A stretch of DNA of 64,000 bases from Candidatus Omnitrophota bacterium (GCA_023248155.1 JAHFFE010000001.1:148873-212872), one strand, 5' to 3'. Positions 1 to 10,132 are shown, numbered from the stretch's first letter. The notes: a model not told the origin generated them from the letters alone. Numbers and translations: made by a program.

Positions 1-236
1 GGCAGTGATTTGCCGAGCAAAGGGATGTTCAGCGTTAAGCCGATCTGGGCGCCCAGATTGACCTGTTCGGAAACCATCAGGCGGAGTCCGCCGCCGCTGA
101 CGTCGGCCGTTGAGCGGATCAGCGATTTGACAGATAGGCCCGACTCGATCTTTACCGGCCATGAAGCCGTGAGCCGCAGATGACGCCGCGTATTCGAGTA
201 CTGGTATCCTTTTTTGAAAAACCGGTCGAAGATCAT
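1..236 (-). CDS. PilZ-domain (c-di-GMP receptor) protein, runs off the window edge
   Basis: Manual translation from ATG at 236: MIFDRFFKKGYQYSNTRRHLRLTASWPV...TADVSGGGLRL. Contains the RxxxR and DxSxxG PilZ motifs. Confidence 0.8.
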   Translation of the reverse strand, partial: MIFDRFFKKGYQYSNTRRHLRLTASWPVKIESGLSVKSLIRSTADVSGGGLRLMVSEQVNLGAQIGLTLNIPLLGKSL

Positions 237-241
237 AAAAT

Positions 242-1435
242 TTACCAGAGTCCTCCGTGCACCACCTGCTGAAGCGCGGGCAGATTTAGCGAAGTTTCGA
301 TCAAGTCACCGTGCCAGTCGAATTGCGCGAGCCGCCGCACGATGCTGATGATGTCGTCCTGTGTGCCCAGCTCCACCAGCGCGTCGATTTGCTTGTCGCT
401 TAATCGCGCGAACAGTTGGCGCAGGTTCAGGCCCATCTTTAATTCCTGGGCGATCGCTTTCGTCCATTCTTTTTCGTAACGCTGCAGCACTGACGCGCGG
501 AAATCGTTTTTGCGTGCCGCTTCAGCCAATACATCGGCAGCCATGGCGGCACAGAGCATGCCATAGTAAATGCCGCCCTGTGTGGTGGTTTTAACCTGGC
601 CGGCCGCTTCGCCGACGACGAGAACCCGGTCCGTGTAACTGCAGTCAATGGCCTGGATCGGAACGGGACTCAGCAGCATTTTGGGCTGGCTTGTTTTTAT
701 GCGCGGCTGAATGCGCGGATGCTGTAAAAGTTTTTGGAAATAGGCCGGTGTCTCGCGCGTGGAAACCAGGCCGACGCGGGCGCGGTTATCATACAAAGGA
801 ACCACCCAGCCGAACGCTTCCGGCGCGATTTCTTTCCCGAGATAAATTTCCACATCGCGCAGATCAGACATTTCCACTTCGGTCTGCGCGCCGTAAACAA
901 TTTCGCGCGGACCGGAAAGCCCTACCTGGGCCGGCAGATTGGATCCGAACCCGGTTGCGATAATGGCCGCTTTCGCGTAAATGGGAGCGGCGTCATCTTC
1001 TTTTTGGCGGATTTCAACGGAAGCCGAATCGACGCGGATCAGCCGCGCGTGGTAATTGCACCGGATTTCGACACCGGCTTTTTCCGCATTCTGAACAAGC
1101 GCATGGTCGAACTTCAGCCGGCTGACGATGTAGGCCAGCGGCCGTTTCGGGTCGTAGCGGAACGAATGTCCGGATGGCGCGTAAAAGGCGATGGTTTGCA
1201 GATTTCCGACGATCGTTTCTTTTGGAAGCTGCAGTTGATCGAACGCTTCGGCGCCGATGATGCCGGTGCAGTTGATAAACAGTCCGGCCTGCTCATGTTC
1301 TTCGAGCAGCAGCGTCGACAGCCCCGCCTGCGCCGCTTTATAAGCGGCCATGGATCCGGCCGGGCCAGCCCCGATCACCACGACATCATACAATTTAGAA
1401 TCCACACAAACTCCGTTTGTTATCCAGGAGGCCAA
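242..1435 (-). CDS. Geranylgeranyl reductase family FAD-dependent oxidoreductase
   Basis: DVVVIGAGPAGS Rossmann motif, CTG, SRLKFD, FGWVVP, GEAAGQVK..GGI. The true start is probably a few codons downstream. Confidence 0.85.
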   Translation of the reverse strand: MASWITNGVCVDSKLYDVVVIGAGPAGSMAAYKAAQAGLSTLLLEEHEQAGLFINCTGIIGAEAFDQLQLPKETIVGNLQTIAFYAPSGHSFRYDPKRPLAYIVSRLKFDHALVQNAEKAGVEIRCNYHARLIRVDSASVEIRQKEDDAAPIYAKAAIIATGFGSNLPAQVGLSGPREIVYGAQTEVEMSDLRDVEIYLGKEIAPEAFGWVVPLYDNRARVGLVSTRETPAYFQKLLQHPRIQPRIKTSQPKMLLSPVPIQAIDCSYTDRVLVVGEAAGQVKTTTQGGIYYGMLCAAMAADVLAEAARKNDFRASVLQRYEKEWTKAIAQELKMGLNLRQLFARLSDKQIDALVELGTQDDIISIVRRLAQFDWHGDLIETSLNLPALQQVVHGGLW

Positions 1436-1764
1436 TGCATCGGACGGCCTCCCAGCAAATGCAGATGCAGGTGATAAACCGACTGTCCTCCGTCGGAATT
1501 ACAGTTAATTACCAGCCGATAGCCGGATTGCGCAATTCCCAGTTCCCGCGCCAACCGGTTGCCTGTGGCCACCAGTTGTCCGGCCAGCAGAGCTGTCGTT
1601 TCATCCAGATCCGATACCCGGTCCAGATGCTGTTTTGGAACAATTAATAAATGAACAGGAGCCTGCGGCTGGAGGTCATGAAAAGCCAAAACCACAGGGT
1701 CTTCGTAAACGATTTTTGCCGGAATTTGCCCGGCTATAATCTTACAAAAGATACAATCCGGCAT
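1420..1764 (-). CDS. hinT: Histidine triad nucleotide-binding protein
   Basis: DCIFCKI N-terminus and QSVYHLHLHLLGG HIT motif. Confidence 0.93.
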   Translation of the reverse strand: MPDCIFCKIIAGQIPAKIVYEDPVVLAFHDLQPQAPVHLLIVPKQHLDRVSDLDETTALLAGQLVATGNRLARELGIAQSGYRLVINCNSDGGQSVYHLHLHLLGGRPMHWPPG

Positions 1765-1793
1765 TCTAAGTTCAAGCTATTGTTTACTAGCTA

Positions 1794-2894
1794 TTACTTA
1801 CTATTTTCCGCCATTTTTATCCTTCTTGCAAGAGAAGGATGATCATAAAGCAGCCACTCCACCCAGGCGGGTGGTTGCAGCTCAGCCAGGTTTTGCTCGC
1901 CCAGCCGTTTCATGGTGGAAATGAACGCATCCGGATTCTTGGTTTGGGTGAGCGCGAAGCGGTCGGCATCGGTTTCAAACCGGCGGGAAATTCCATGCAG
2001 GAACGGCATCAGCATAAAATCGGCCACGGTTAACCCGAGCGCCAGCCAGGGCAGAATCGCCAAATGATCGAGGCGCGGGATCGACTGTTGGACCATGAGA
2101 CGGTGCAGCAGCAGATTAATCAGAAAGAACGAGGCCGCTGAAGCGGCCGTGCTCAACAGCGTCAGAAGACGGATATGTCCCAGTTTTTGATGGCCGACTT
2201 CGTGTGCCAGAACCGTCTCGATCTCCTCGGGCGGATAGGCGGCCAGCAGTGTGTCGCTGATCAGCACGCGCCGCGATTTTCCCATGCCGCAGAGACAGGC
2301 GTTGGCTTTTTTCGTGGTGCGGCTTAAGTTGATTTCAAAAAAACCGTTTACGCGCGTGCCGCACTGCTTCAGCATTTTTTCCAGCCGTTCACAGAGCGGT
2401 CCCTGCAGCGGCGTTTGTTTGTAAAAAATAGGGATCAACAGCGTCGGAAGAATCCGCGAAAGCACCACGGCCCAGAGCAGCCAGGCCCCTGCCGCCCATA
2501 TCCACCATGAATCCGGTTTCCAGCGAAGCAGTCCAACCAGGCTTTCGAGCATGATCAGTCCGAATGCGGCCGAAAGAAAAAATCCTTTCAGATAATCGGT
2601 CACCCACGATTGTGCCGATTGATTCGACAATCCGAACCGGTGTTCAAGCCGGTAGCCGCGAACCCAGTCCAGCGGAAGAGAGAGTGCGGTCCAGATCAGC
2701 CAGAGCGGCGCGGCGTAAACGGCCACTTGCGCGGCCGGGTGAGAAATGCTTGCTTCAACCCAAAATGCCCAGTGGCGAGCGGCCGGTAAAAAACAGAGAA
2801 GAATCAGAAAAATAAATTGCCCAACTGTTTCTGCGACCCAGAATTTCCGGCGGATAACCGCATACTGTTTGGCATCGGGCTTGGAGTTATTCAC
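1794..2894 (-). CDS. M48 (Ste24-like) membrane zinc metallopeptidase
   Basis: LAHEVGH (HExxH), SRRFETDAD, YDHPSLARRI and several TM helices. Start moved to the GTG at 2894, which overlaps the upstream stop. Confidence 0.9.
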   Translation of the reverse strand: MNNSKPDAKQYAVIRRKFWVAETVGQFIFLILLCFLPAARHWAFWVEASISHPAAQVAVYAAPLWLIWTALSLPLDWVRGYRLEHRFGLSNQSAQSWVTDYLKGFFLSAAFGLIMLESLVGLLRWKPDSWWIWAAGAWLLWAVVLSRILPTLLIPIFYKQTPLQGPLCERLEKMLKQCGTRVNGFFEINLSRTTKKANACLCGMGKSRRVLISDTLLAAYPPEEIETVLAHEVGHQKLGHIRLLTLLSTAASAASFFLINLLLHRLMVQQSIPRLDHLAILPWLALGLTVADFMLMPFLHGISRRFETDADRFALTQTKNPDAFISTMKRLGEQNLAELQPPAWVEWLLYDHPSLARRIKMAENSK

Positions 2895-3369
2895 GGGTGC
2901 GCAGCGCTTCCCGTAAATCAGCGGCGAACGGTTCAGATAAGGGTTCGAAATGAAGCCCGGCAAAAAACCGGCGAGGTTCTTTTTCACCGGCCGGCATCTC
3001 CTTGATCCAGACGACTGTGGCGCGGACCGGGGCAGCCGCTTCGACGGAACGATCCGGAAAGGCAATCTCCAGTTCCAACAGCGATCCGACCGGAATTTTT
3101 TCCAGAATCATGACGCCGATTCCGGACCGGCTGATATTGTCGGTAGCCGCCTGGGAAGCGGGCGCTGCCGCTGATTCAGGCATCCGGCGATAGCGGACCG
3201 TCCAATCAACCCGAAAACGGGGCGCGCGGCGCGAATCGGATCTCATCCAAAGCCGGCGCAGCCGTCCCGTCGGAACTTTGCCTTGCTCGACCAGTTTTTC
3301 TTCACGCACGACAACGCTTAAAATTAAAAAGCTCAACACCACAGCGCCCATTCCAAAAATCGGGAACAT
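2887..3369 (-). CDS. Membrane-anchored PilZ-domain protein
   Basis: N-terminal hydrophobic segment, RRAPR (RxxxR) and NISRSG (NxSxxG). Confidence 0.8.
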   Translation of the reverse strand: MFPIFGMGAVVLSFLILSVVVREEKLVEQGKVPTGRLRRLWMRSDSRRAPRFRVDWTVRYRRMPESAAAPASQAATDNISRSGIGVMILEKIPVGSLLELEIAFPDRSVEAAAPVRATVVWIKEMPAGEKEPRRFFAGLHFEPLSEPFAADLREALRTRE

Positions 3370-4218
3370 TTAACAGCTCCTTTTTTTCAACGGCGTATTG
3401 TCTACCCAGGCCATCAGATCGTCGAACACTTTTTGTCTGCCGGTTTCATTAAAAATTTCATGAAAAAAACCGGGATATCCCCGGTAATCGGCCTGTTTGC
3501 AGTGACGTGCGAATTGTTGAGAGGCGTTCGGGCTGCAGATCGGATCCGATTCCCCCTGCAGAATCAGGCACGGGATCGTGATTTGTTCCGCGTAGGCGGC
3601 CGAATGGGCCAGCGCTGCGCGCAGCGCGACGGCCGCGCGCGCCGTAATGACGCTGAAAATCAACGGGTCCGTTTTGTAGTCGTTCACTACTGTCGGATCA
3701 TGGGATAAAAATCCAGGCATAACGACGTTGGGCAGATGCGTGGTCGGAACGATCCCGGATAAAATCTCAGCCACCCGTATTTTCAGCGCCGGTATTTTTT
3801 GCACCAGCTCCAATGCCGGCGCCGACGCAATGACGGCTGCCAATTTATTGCCATGCTGTGCGGCATAGGCCAGTACAATCAGTCCGCCCAGGCTGTGCCC
3901 GATTAAAACAACGGGCAGTCCCGGATTTTTCACGCGCGCATGATCGATCAGCAGATCCAGATCATCCAGATACTCCTGGAACGAACGAAAGTCGCCGCGC
4001 CGCCCTTCCGAATGGCCGTGGCCGCGGTGATCGATCGCCCAGACATCGGCGCCATCGGCCGAGAGGATGCCGGCCAGTTCTTCATACCGCCCGGAATGTT
4101 CGGCCATTCCATGCGCGATCAGCGCAACGAAACGGATTGTTTTTTGTGCCGGCCAATGCCGGAAAAAAAGCCGGAGTCCGTCGGCGGAACAGAGGAAATT
4201 CTCGTCGGCGTGCGTCAT
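3370..4218 (-). CDS. Alpha/beta hydrolase, lysophospholipase/monoacylglycerol lipase family
   Basis: HGMAEHSGRY, DHRGHGHS, GHSLGG nucleophile elbow and C-terminal HEIFNE. Confidence 0.9.
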   Translation of the reverse strand: MTHADENFLCSADGLRLFFRHWPAQKTIRFVALIAHGMAEHSGRYEELAGILSADGADVWAIDHRGHGHSEGRRGDFRSFQEYLDDLDLLIDHARVKNPGLPVVLIGHSLGGLIVLAYAAQHGNKLAAVIASAPALELVQKIPALKIRVAEILSGIVPTTHLPNVVMPGFLSHDPTVVNDYKTDPLIFSVITARAAVALRAALAHSAAYAEQITIPCLILQGESDPICSPNASQQFARHCKQADYRGYPGFFHEIFNETGRQKVFDDLMAWVDNTPLKKRSC

Positions 4219-5996
4219 GACGGGTAAAGGGAATCGATTTCGCGCGCGTAGCGCTCGGCGACGACGCGCCGTTTGATTTTCAGTGTCGGCGTCAGTTCGC
4301 CCGCGCCGGCGCTGAACGGCTGCGGCAGCAGCGCGAATCGCTTGATCTGTTCAAACTGCGCCAAGGACTGATTGACCGTCTGCAGTTGTTTTTGAAAAAA
4401 ATCATTAATCTTCGGATGAACCACCCATGTTTCGGGGCTGTCCGGCGGCAACCCAAGCTCGCGCGCCAATTTCGCCAGCTGTTCCGGGTTGGGCACCAGC
4501 AGCGCGCTTAGATATTTGCGCTTGTCGCCGATCACCACCGCGTCGTCGATAGCCGCGCTATTTTTGAGTTTCGCTTCCAGGTATTGGGGCGCCACCATTT
4601 TCCCACCGGATGTTTTAATCAGATCTTTCTTGCGGTCGGTAATCGTCAGGAAGCCGTTGGCATCCAGCACGCCGATGTCTCCGGTATGAAACCATCGGTC
4701 AGCATCAATCGCTTCGGCCGTGGCGGCCGGATTCTGATAATACCCTTTCATGATGTGCGGACCGCGCGTGAGAATTTCGCCGTCCTCGGCGATTTTGACT
4801 TCGGCGCCGGGCAGCGGAATGCCGACGCTTCCGAACTTGAACCGGTCCAGCCGGTTGGCCGCAATGACCGGCGACGTTTCGGTCAGGCCGTACCCCTCAA
4901 TGATCAGAACCCCGCAAGCGAAGAAAAATTCGGCGACGGAAGGCGACAACGGCGCTCCACCCGATACAAAAAACCGGATCCGGCCGCCCATCCGTTCCTT
5001 GATCTGGCGGAACACCAGCCGGTCGGCGATCCGTTGTTTGAACCGGAGACCCACAGGCGGCTGCTCGCGGCGCTGAAGAAAATGGCCGTACTCTTCGCCG
5101 GTCCTCAGCGCCCAGTGAAATATCGCTTTTTTCAGCGGCGGCGCCTGCTTCAGCACCGCCAAAACCCGTTCGTGGAATTTTTCGTAAAACCGCGGAACGC
5201 CGGTCACTACAGTCGGCCGGACTTCCACAAGATTTTTCGGGACGGCCTCGGCATTTTCGGCATAGGCGATGCATCCGCCGACGGAAATCACGAAATAATA
5301 ACCGGCGGTCCGTTCAAAAACATGCGAGAGCGGCAGAAACGACAACAGCGTATCGTTCTCGTTAATCGGGATCGCTTCACGGATCATCCGGCAGTTGCTG
5401 ACAAAATTGGAATGCGTCAGCATCACCCCTTTCGGGGTTCCGGTGGTTCCGGAGGTGTAGATAAGGGAGGCCAGGTCGTCGTCGCGCACGGCGTTGCGGC
5501 GCTGTTCCAGCAACGCTTTTGTTTCCGGAGAGGCGGTTTTTCCGGTTCCCAGCAGTTCTCCGATCCACCAGATGCGCGGGCCTGCCGCCGCGTACGGCGA
5601 ATCGAATAAAATCACCTTGAGGTCGAACTCTTTTTGCAGCGGAACCACTTTTGCCATCAACTCTGTCGAAGAGACAAAGATAAATTTGGCGCCGCTGTCG
5701 CGCAGCAAAACGCCGATTTCTTCGGTCGTCAGCGTTGCGTAGACCGGAACCGTAACTCCGCCCAACTGCAGAATCGCCAGGTCGGCGATGGCCCATTCCG
5801 GCCGGTTTTCCGACAGAATTGCGGTACGGTCTCCATGGGCCAGCCCCAGTTCCATCAGTCCAACGGCGACCGCGTCGACTTGAACGGCCAGCTCCTTCCA
5901 CGAAATCGGCTCGTAGTGCCCGCTGCGCTTAACTTGGAAGGCCGCCTGCTCCGGACGCTTTTGCGCCTGTTCGAAGAAAACCGATGGAATCGTCAT
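4215..5996 (-). CDS. fadD: Long-chain fatty acid--CoA ligase
   Basis: YTSGTTGTPKGV AMP-binding motif, EGYGLTETSP, WFHTGDIG, DRKKDLI. Confidence 0.92.
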   Translation of the reverse strand: MTIPSVFFEQAQKRPEQAAFQVKRSGHYEPISWKELAVQVDAVAVGLMELGLAHGDRTAILSENRPEWAIADLAILQLGGVTVPVYATLTTEEIGVLLRDSGAKFIFVSSTELMAKVVPLQKEFDLKVILFDSPYAAAGPRIWWIGELLGTGKTASPETKALLEQRRNAVRDDDLASLIYTSGTTGTPKGVMLTHSNFVSNCRMIREAIPINENDTLLSFLPLSHVFERTAGYYFVISVGGCIAYAENAEAVPKNLVEVRPTVVTGVPRFYEKFHERVLAVLKQAPPLKKAIFHWALRTGEEYGHFLQRREQPPVGLRFKQRIADRLVFRQIKERMGGRIRFFVSGGAPLSPSVAEFFFACGVLIIEGYGLTETSPVIAANRLDRFKFGSVGIPLPGAEVKIAEDGEILTRGPHIMKGYYQNPAATAEAIDADRWFHTGDIGVLDANGFLTITDRKKDLIKTSGGKMVAPQYLEAKLKNSAAIDDAVVIGDKRKYLSALLVPNPEQLAKLARELGLPPDSPETWVVHPKINDFFQKQLQTVNQSLAQFEQIKRFALLPQPFSAGAGELTPTLKIKRRVVAERYAREIDSLYPS

Positions 5997-5999
5997 GAA

Positions 6000-6782
6000 T
6001 TAGCGGTCTTCAAATTTCGGCGGGCGTTTTTCAAGAAACCCGCGCAACCCTTCTTTCATGTCGTAGGTTTCGCAGACTTCGCCGAACAGATCGGCCTCCC
6101 ATTCCAACGCTTTTTCCAGCGGCATCTCGAGCCCTTTGCGGCCCAGTTTCAGAATCCGTTCGATGGCCGGCCGGCTCTTGGCGGCGATTTTCTTGGCCAT
6201 TCCCTGAGCTTCTTTCATCAACTGGTCTTCCGGCAGCGCCTTGCTGACCAACCCGATCGCTTCAGCCGTTTTGCCGTTGATCATGTCGCCGGTGAGGCAG
6301 AGTTCGAGTCCTTTGGAAAGCCCGACGATCCGCGTGAGCCGCTGCGTGCCGCCGAATCCCGGGATGATTCCCAGATTGATTTCCGGCTGGCCGAACCGCG
6401 CCCGCTCGTTGGCCAGGCGGATGGTGGCAGCCATCACCAGTTCGTTGCCACCGCCGAGGCAGTGGCCCTGGATCACGGCGATCGACGGGATCGGCAGGTT
6501 TTCCAGCTTGCTGATCACCATCTGACCCAGCGCGGAGGCCTTGCGGCCTTCGGCGGCGCCGTTGATTTCGGAAATTTCCTTGATGTCGGCGCCGACGATG
6601 AAAAACGATCCGGTCGTCGTGATGATCAGCACTTTCACATTTTTATCAACCGCGATCTGATCAAAAAATGTATTCAGTTCAGTCAGCACCGCGCGAGAGA
6701 GCATATTGGCCGGCGGATTGCTGATCGTCAGCGTGCAGACTTTATCCTGAATGGAAGATGCTAAATATTGAAAATCAGCCAT
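6000..6782 (-). CDS. Enoyl-CoA hydratase/isomerase (crotonase family)
   Basis: GADIKE, LGGGNEL, FGQPEINLGIIPGFGGTQRL. Confidence 0.93.
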   Translation of the reverse strand: MADFQYLASSIQDKVCTLTISNPPANMLSRAVLTELNTFFDQIAVDKNVKVLIITTTGSFFIVGADIKEISEINGAAEGRKASALGQMVISKLENLPIPSIAVIQGHCLGGGNELVMAATIRLANERARFGQPEINLGIIPGFGGTQRLTRIVGLSKGLELCLTGDMINGKTAEAIGLVSKALPEDQLMKEAQGMAKKIAAKSRPAIERILKLGRKGLEMPLEKALEWEADLFGEVCETYDMKEGLRGFLEKRPPKFEDR

Positions 6783-6800
6783 GAAACACCCCTTTCTGTG

Positions 6801-8036
6801 TCATGAGTAACTGAAAAAGCCTTGCTTGGTTTTAACGCCCAAATGACCGGCATTGCGCATCGTGCGCAGCCGGTGTGCCGGATGAAAGCGGAAACCCAGT
6901 TCTTTCGTAAACCCGTCGAGTAAATCGACCAACGTATCGATGCCCATTGCGTCGGCGGCATGCAGCAGGCCGCTTTTCGAGGCCGGATATCCCAAGCCCG
7001 CCATCACGCCGATTTCGATTTCACCGGCCGTGGAAATTTTTTCCTGCAGCGTCAGCACTGCTTCGTTGATAATCAGCGCCATCAGCCGTTCGGGTGTGAA
7101 TTGTGTTTTGGGATGGTTCAATTTTTTCTGCAGATCGGCGATTGCCTTGGCCACTTCGGAGTCCGGTTTGCCCGGATCGGACGGTCCGCCCTGCGTGTAA
7201 TCGTAAAACCCTTTGCCGCCTTTGCGGCCCAGCCGCTTCATCTCCTGCAGCGTCAGCCACAGTTCGGCCGGCTTCATCCGGTCGCCGTAACCTTCCCAAA
7301 GCACCTTGCCGGCCTCGGCGCAGATATCGAGCCCGAGCGCGTCGATCAGCGTGAAAGGACCCATCGGCCATCCGGTCGCTTTCATCGCGGCATCGATCTC
7401 TTCGATCGATGCGGCTCCCTCTTGGAGCGCCAACACTGCTTCATTGAGATATGGCATCAACAGCCGGTTGACTAAAAAGCCGGGGCATTCCTGCACGCGG
7501 ATCGGCAATTTCTTCAGGCTTTCGGCCAGAGTGATTACTTCCTCAACCGTTTCGTCGGAGGTTTGCAGGCCCGGGATCACCTCGACCAGCTTCATGATGT
7601 TGGCCGGAAAAAAGAAATGCACGCCGACAACCTTGTCCGGCCGTTGGGTGGCGGCCGCGATCGCCGAGATCGACAGCGCCGACGTATTCGTTGCCAGAAT
7701 CGTATTTTTCGGGCAGGCTTCGTCGAGCGCCTTAAAAATAGAGAGTTTGATATTCATGATTTCAGGCACTGCTTCAATCACCAGATCGACATCCTTGAAA
7801 TCTTCATAGCGCGTGGTCGGCGTGATTTTTTTCATCTGGATTTCCAGTTCTTCGGGCGTCATCCGCTTTTTCGCGACGAGCCGGTCATACACCTTGCGGA
7901 TATTTTCAACGCCGCGCTGAAGCGCTTTATCGTCGATCTCCTTGAGTACCACCGGTATTCCGCTGTATGCGATGATCTGCGCGATACCCGCGCCCATCGT
8001 TCCGCCGCCGACTACGCCTGCCTTGTAAATCGCCAT
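6801..8036 (-). CDS. 3-hydroxyacyl-CoA dehydrogenase with duplicated C-terminal domain
   Basis: GVVGGGTMGAGIA, VIEAVPE, ATNTSALSI, HFFFPA, PGFLVNR and two C-terminal dimerisation repeats. Confidence 0.92.
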   Translation of the reverse strand: MAIYKAGVVGGGTMGAGIAQIIAYSGIPVVLKEIDDKALQRGVENIRKVYDRLVAKKRMTPEELEIQMKKITPTTRYEDFKDVDLVIEAVPEIMNIKLSIFKALDEACPKNTILATNTSALSISAIAAATQRPDKVVGVHFFFPANIMKLVEVIPGLQTSDETVEEVITLAESLKKLPIRVQECPGFLVNRLLMPYLNEAVLALQEGAASIEEIDAAMKATGWPMGPFTLIDALGLDICAEAGKVLWEGYGDRMKPAELWLTLQEMKRLGRKGGKGFYDYTQGGPSDPGKPDSEVAKAIADLQKKLNHPKTQFTPERLMALIINEAVLTLQEKISTAGEIEIGVMAGLGYPASKSGLLHAADAMGIDTLVDLLDGFTKELGFRFHPAHRLRTMRNAGHLGVKTKQGFFSYS

Positions 8037-8064
8037 CGTTATTTACTCCTTTGCATTAATGGGA

Positions 8065-10104
8065 TTAATCCGCCAGCAATTTCTTGATCGAATCCATCTG
8101 TGCCATGGTTGTTTCTTCGCCGCACCGAATCAATTGGTCGACATTGTAAAATTCCCACCAGTTGATGCGCGGGATCGTCGGGTGCAGCGCTACATCGGCT
8201 TGCGCGCACTGCGCCTCAGCCAGCACATATTCCATGCCCTGGATGGCATGCATCAGAATATCGAACGTGTTGATGTCCAGCCAGCGCATCCAGGCCTGCT
8301 TGAATCGGAAGACCCGGTTTTTCCACCAGCCCTGAAACCGCATTTCGTATGCTTTCTGGGCTTCTTGTACGGCGAACTCCTGGTATTTTGCTTTCATATC
8401 CTGCGGACTGGGCAGCGTGTTCACGGCGATGATTTTCCGCACGCCGGCCTGCCGCAACAAATCCACCGGCACCGGGCTTAAGACGCCGCCGTCGGTCAAA
8501 TACCGTCCGCGCACTTTCAGCGGCATAAAAATTCCGGGAATCGCCACCGACGCGCGCACGGCCGGAACGACCGGCCCCTCTTCAAAAACCACCACTTCGC
8601 GCCGTTTGTAGTCGACGGCAGCGATTTTGACAGGAATTTTCAGATCGCGAAAAGTGCTTTCTCCCAAATGCTGCCGCAGCATCCGCGTAACCTGTACGCC
8701 GGCCAAAATTCCCATGCGTGAGATCGATAAATCCAGCAATTGCAGCAGTGATTTGCGCGTGCGGAACCGGTTGGCGATTTTTTCCAGCGCGACACTGTCG
8801 TATCCGGCGCCCCAGAGCGCGCCGATCAGCGCGCCGATCGAAGAGCCGGCGATAATATCGATGGGAATTCCTTCCTTCTCGAGTGCGCGGATGACGCCGA
8901 TATGCGCAATGCCCATTGCGGCGCCGGAACCAAGCACCACGCCGATCCGCACACCGCCGGTTTCGCGCGCGATCCGCCGGATGATTTTTCCGTAATCGGT
9001 TTGCGTATCGGTCGCGGCACCGACCGGTTTCGGCAGCACCGCCTGAACCTTGGCGCCCAATAGTTCCCCCTGCTCAAGGTCGGAGAGCGCATGAGATCCG
9101 TTCTGCACGATGATGCGCAGCCGTTCTGCCGCCTGCGGAACGGTTTTTTTCAATTCTTCCAGAATGACTCCGGCCCGTTCCAGATCGTGGCGATCTCCGT
9201 GGCAAAGCAGATGGATCTGATCGGCCTGCACCATCGCTTTGAAAACGGCGCGGTCAACGGCCGGCGGCAGATCCACGACGACAAAATGGTACAAATTGGT
9301 CAGGTACGACAACAGATGCGCCAGCAGCGCGGCATTCTCGGAGCTGCCCGGTTCATGCGCGGCATGCATCAGGTCGATGCCCAGCTTCTCGTACTTCACG
9401 ACAGCCGAGGAGGCCTGCATCGGGTCGAATGATTCTTTTCCGGAAAAGACCGGCAGACGGATTCCCAGCCGTCCCTCGGCCCAGTCGCTGGCGGAATCGA
9501 CCAGCACCCAGATCACCTGCTTACCCGTTTCGCGATGAAGCGCGGCGGCCAGACTGGTTGTGTAGAGATGGCGCTGCGCGGTAGCGCAATTGCCGTGGAC
9601 GGAAACCAGCGTTGATTCAAATACTTTTTTGGGCGGAAGATCTTTTTGGCGTACACGCTGTGAAAGCGTGGTCGAAAGCTGAATGCCGACATCAGGGATC
9701 TGTTTTAAAATGGCCTCGAATCCGTCGCGGCTGATCTTGATTAAGATACAGGCGTTGAGCGCTTGCGTGGTGACCGAATGCGGTTCGCGCGTTAAGATCG
9801 ATTTGGTGCCGAAATAATCGCCGCGATGCAGCGTTTCAACCGTTTCTTCCCGGCCGTTGTCGTACCGTACGAAGAGGCGTACACGGCCGCTGACCAACCC
9901 ATAAAAAGTATCGTTCGGGTCTCCCTGCGTATAGAGGATTTCGCCGGTTTCATGTTCGGAGAGGCGCGAAACGGAGGCGACGAAGCCCAGCTGCTCATCG
10001 GTCAGATGAGAGAAGATCGAGATCTGCCTTAAGAACCAGCGTTTGTTGGCTGCGATCGGTTCCGGCGAAACCGGCGGCTGATCGTCTGAAGAAGGCGTCG
10101 TCAT
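8065..10104 (-). CDS. Cyclic-nucleotide-binding domain patatin-like phospholipase (NTE-like architecture)
   Basis: N-terminal cNMP domain (GDYFG..SIL...PHSVT); patatin motifs GSGAAMG, GSSIG and DGG. Confidence 0.9.
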   Translation of the reverse strand: MTTPSSDDQPPVSPEPIAANKRWFLRQISIFSHLTDEQLGFVASVSRLSEHETGEILYTQGDPNDTFYGLVSGRVRLFVRYDNGREETVETLHRGDYFGTKSILTREPHSVTTQALNACILIKISRDGFEAILKQIPDVGIQLSTTLSQRVRQKDLPPKKVFESTLVSVHGNCATAQRHLYTTSLAAALHRETGKQVIWVLVDSASDWAEGRLGIRLPVFSGKESFDPMQASSAVVKYEKLGIDLMHAAHEPGSSENAALLAHLLSYLTNLYHFVVVDLPPAVDRAVFKAMVQADQIHLLCHGDRHDLERAGVILEELKKTVPQAAERLRIIVQNGSHALSDLEQGELLGAKVQAVLPKPVGAATDTQTDYGKIIRRIARETGGVRIGVVLGSGAAMGIAHIGVIRALEKEGIPIDIIAGSSIGALIGALWGAGYDSVALEKIANRFRTRKSLLQLLDLSISRMGILAGVQVTRMLRQHLGESTFRDLKIPVKIAAVDYKRREVVVFEEGPVVPAVRASVAIPGIFMPLKVRGRYLTDGGVLSPVPVDLLRQAGVRKIIAVNTLPSPQDMKAKYQEFAVQEAQKAYEMRFQGWWKNRVFRFKQAWMRWLDINTFDILMHAIQGMEYVLAEAQCAQADVALHPTIPRINWWEFYNVDQLIRCGEETTMAQMDSIKKLLAD

Positions 10105-10132
10105 GACCTTTGTATGATAACAATCTTGGAGT

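Noticed and set aside
4584-6764. Long plus-strand ORFs (341 and 376 aa) opposite fadD and the crotonase gene
   Set aside because: Antisense shadows of well-supported genes in GC-rich DNA; no motifs.
8065-10104. Patatin as a CBASS anti-phage effector
   Set aside because: No CD-NTase or other defence genes nearby; the context is lipid metabolism.
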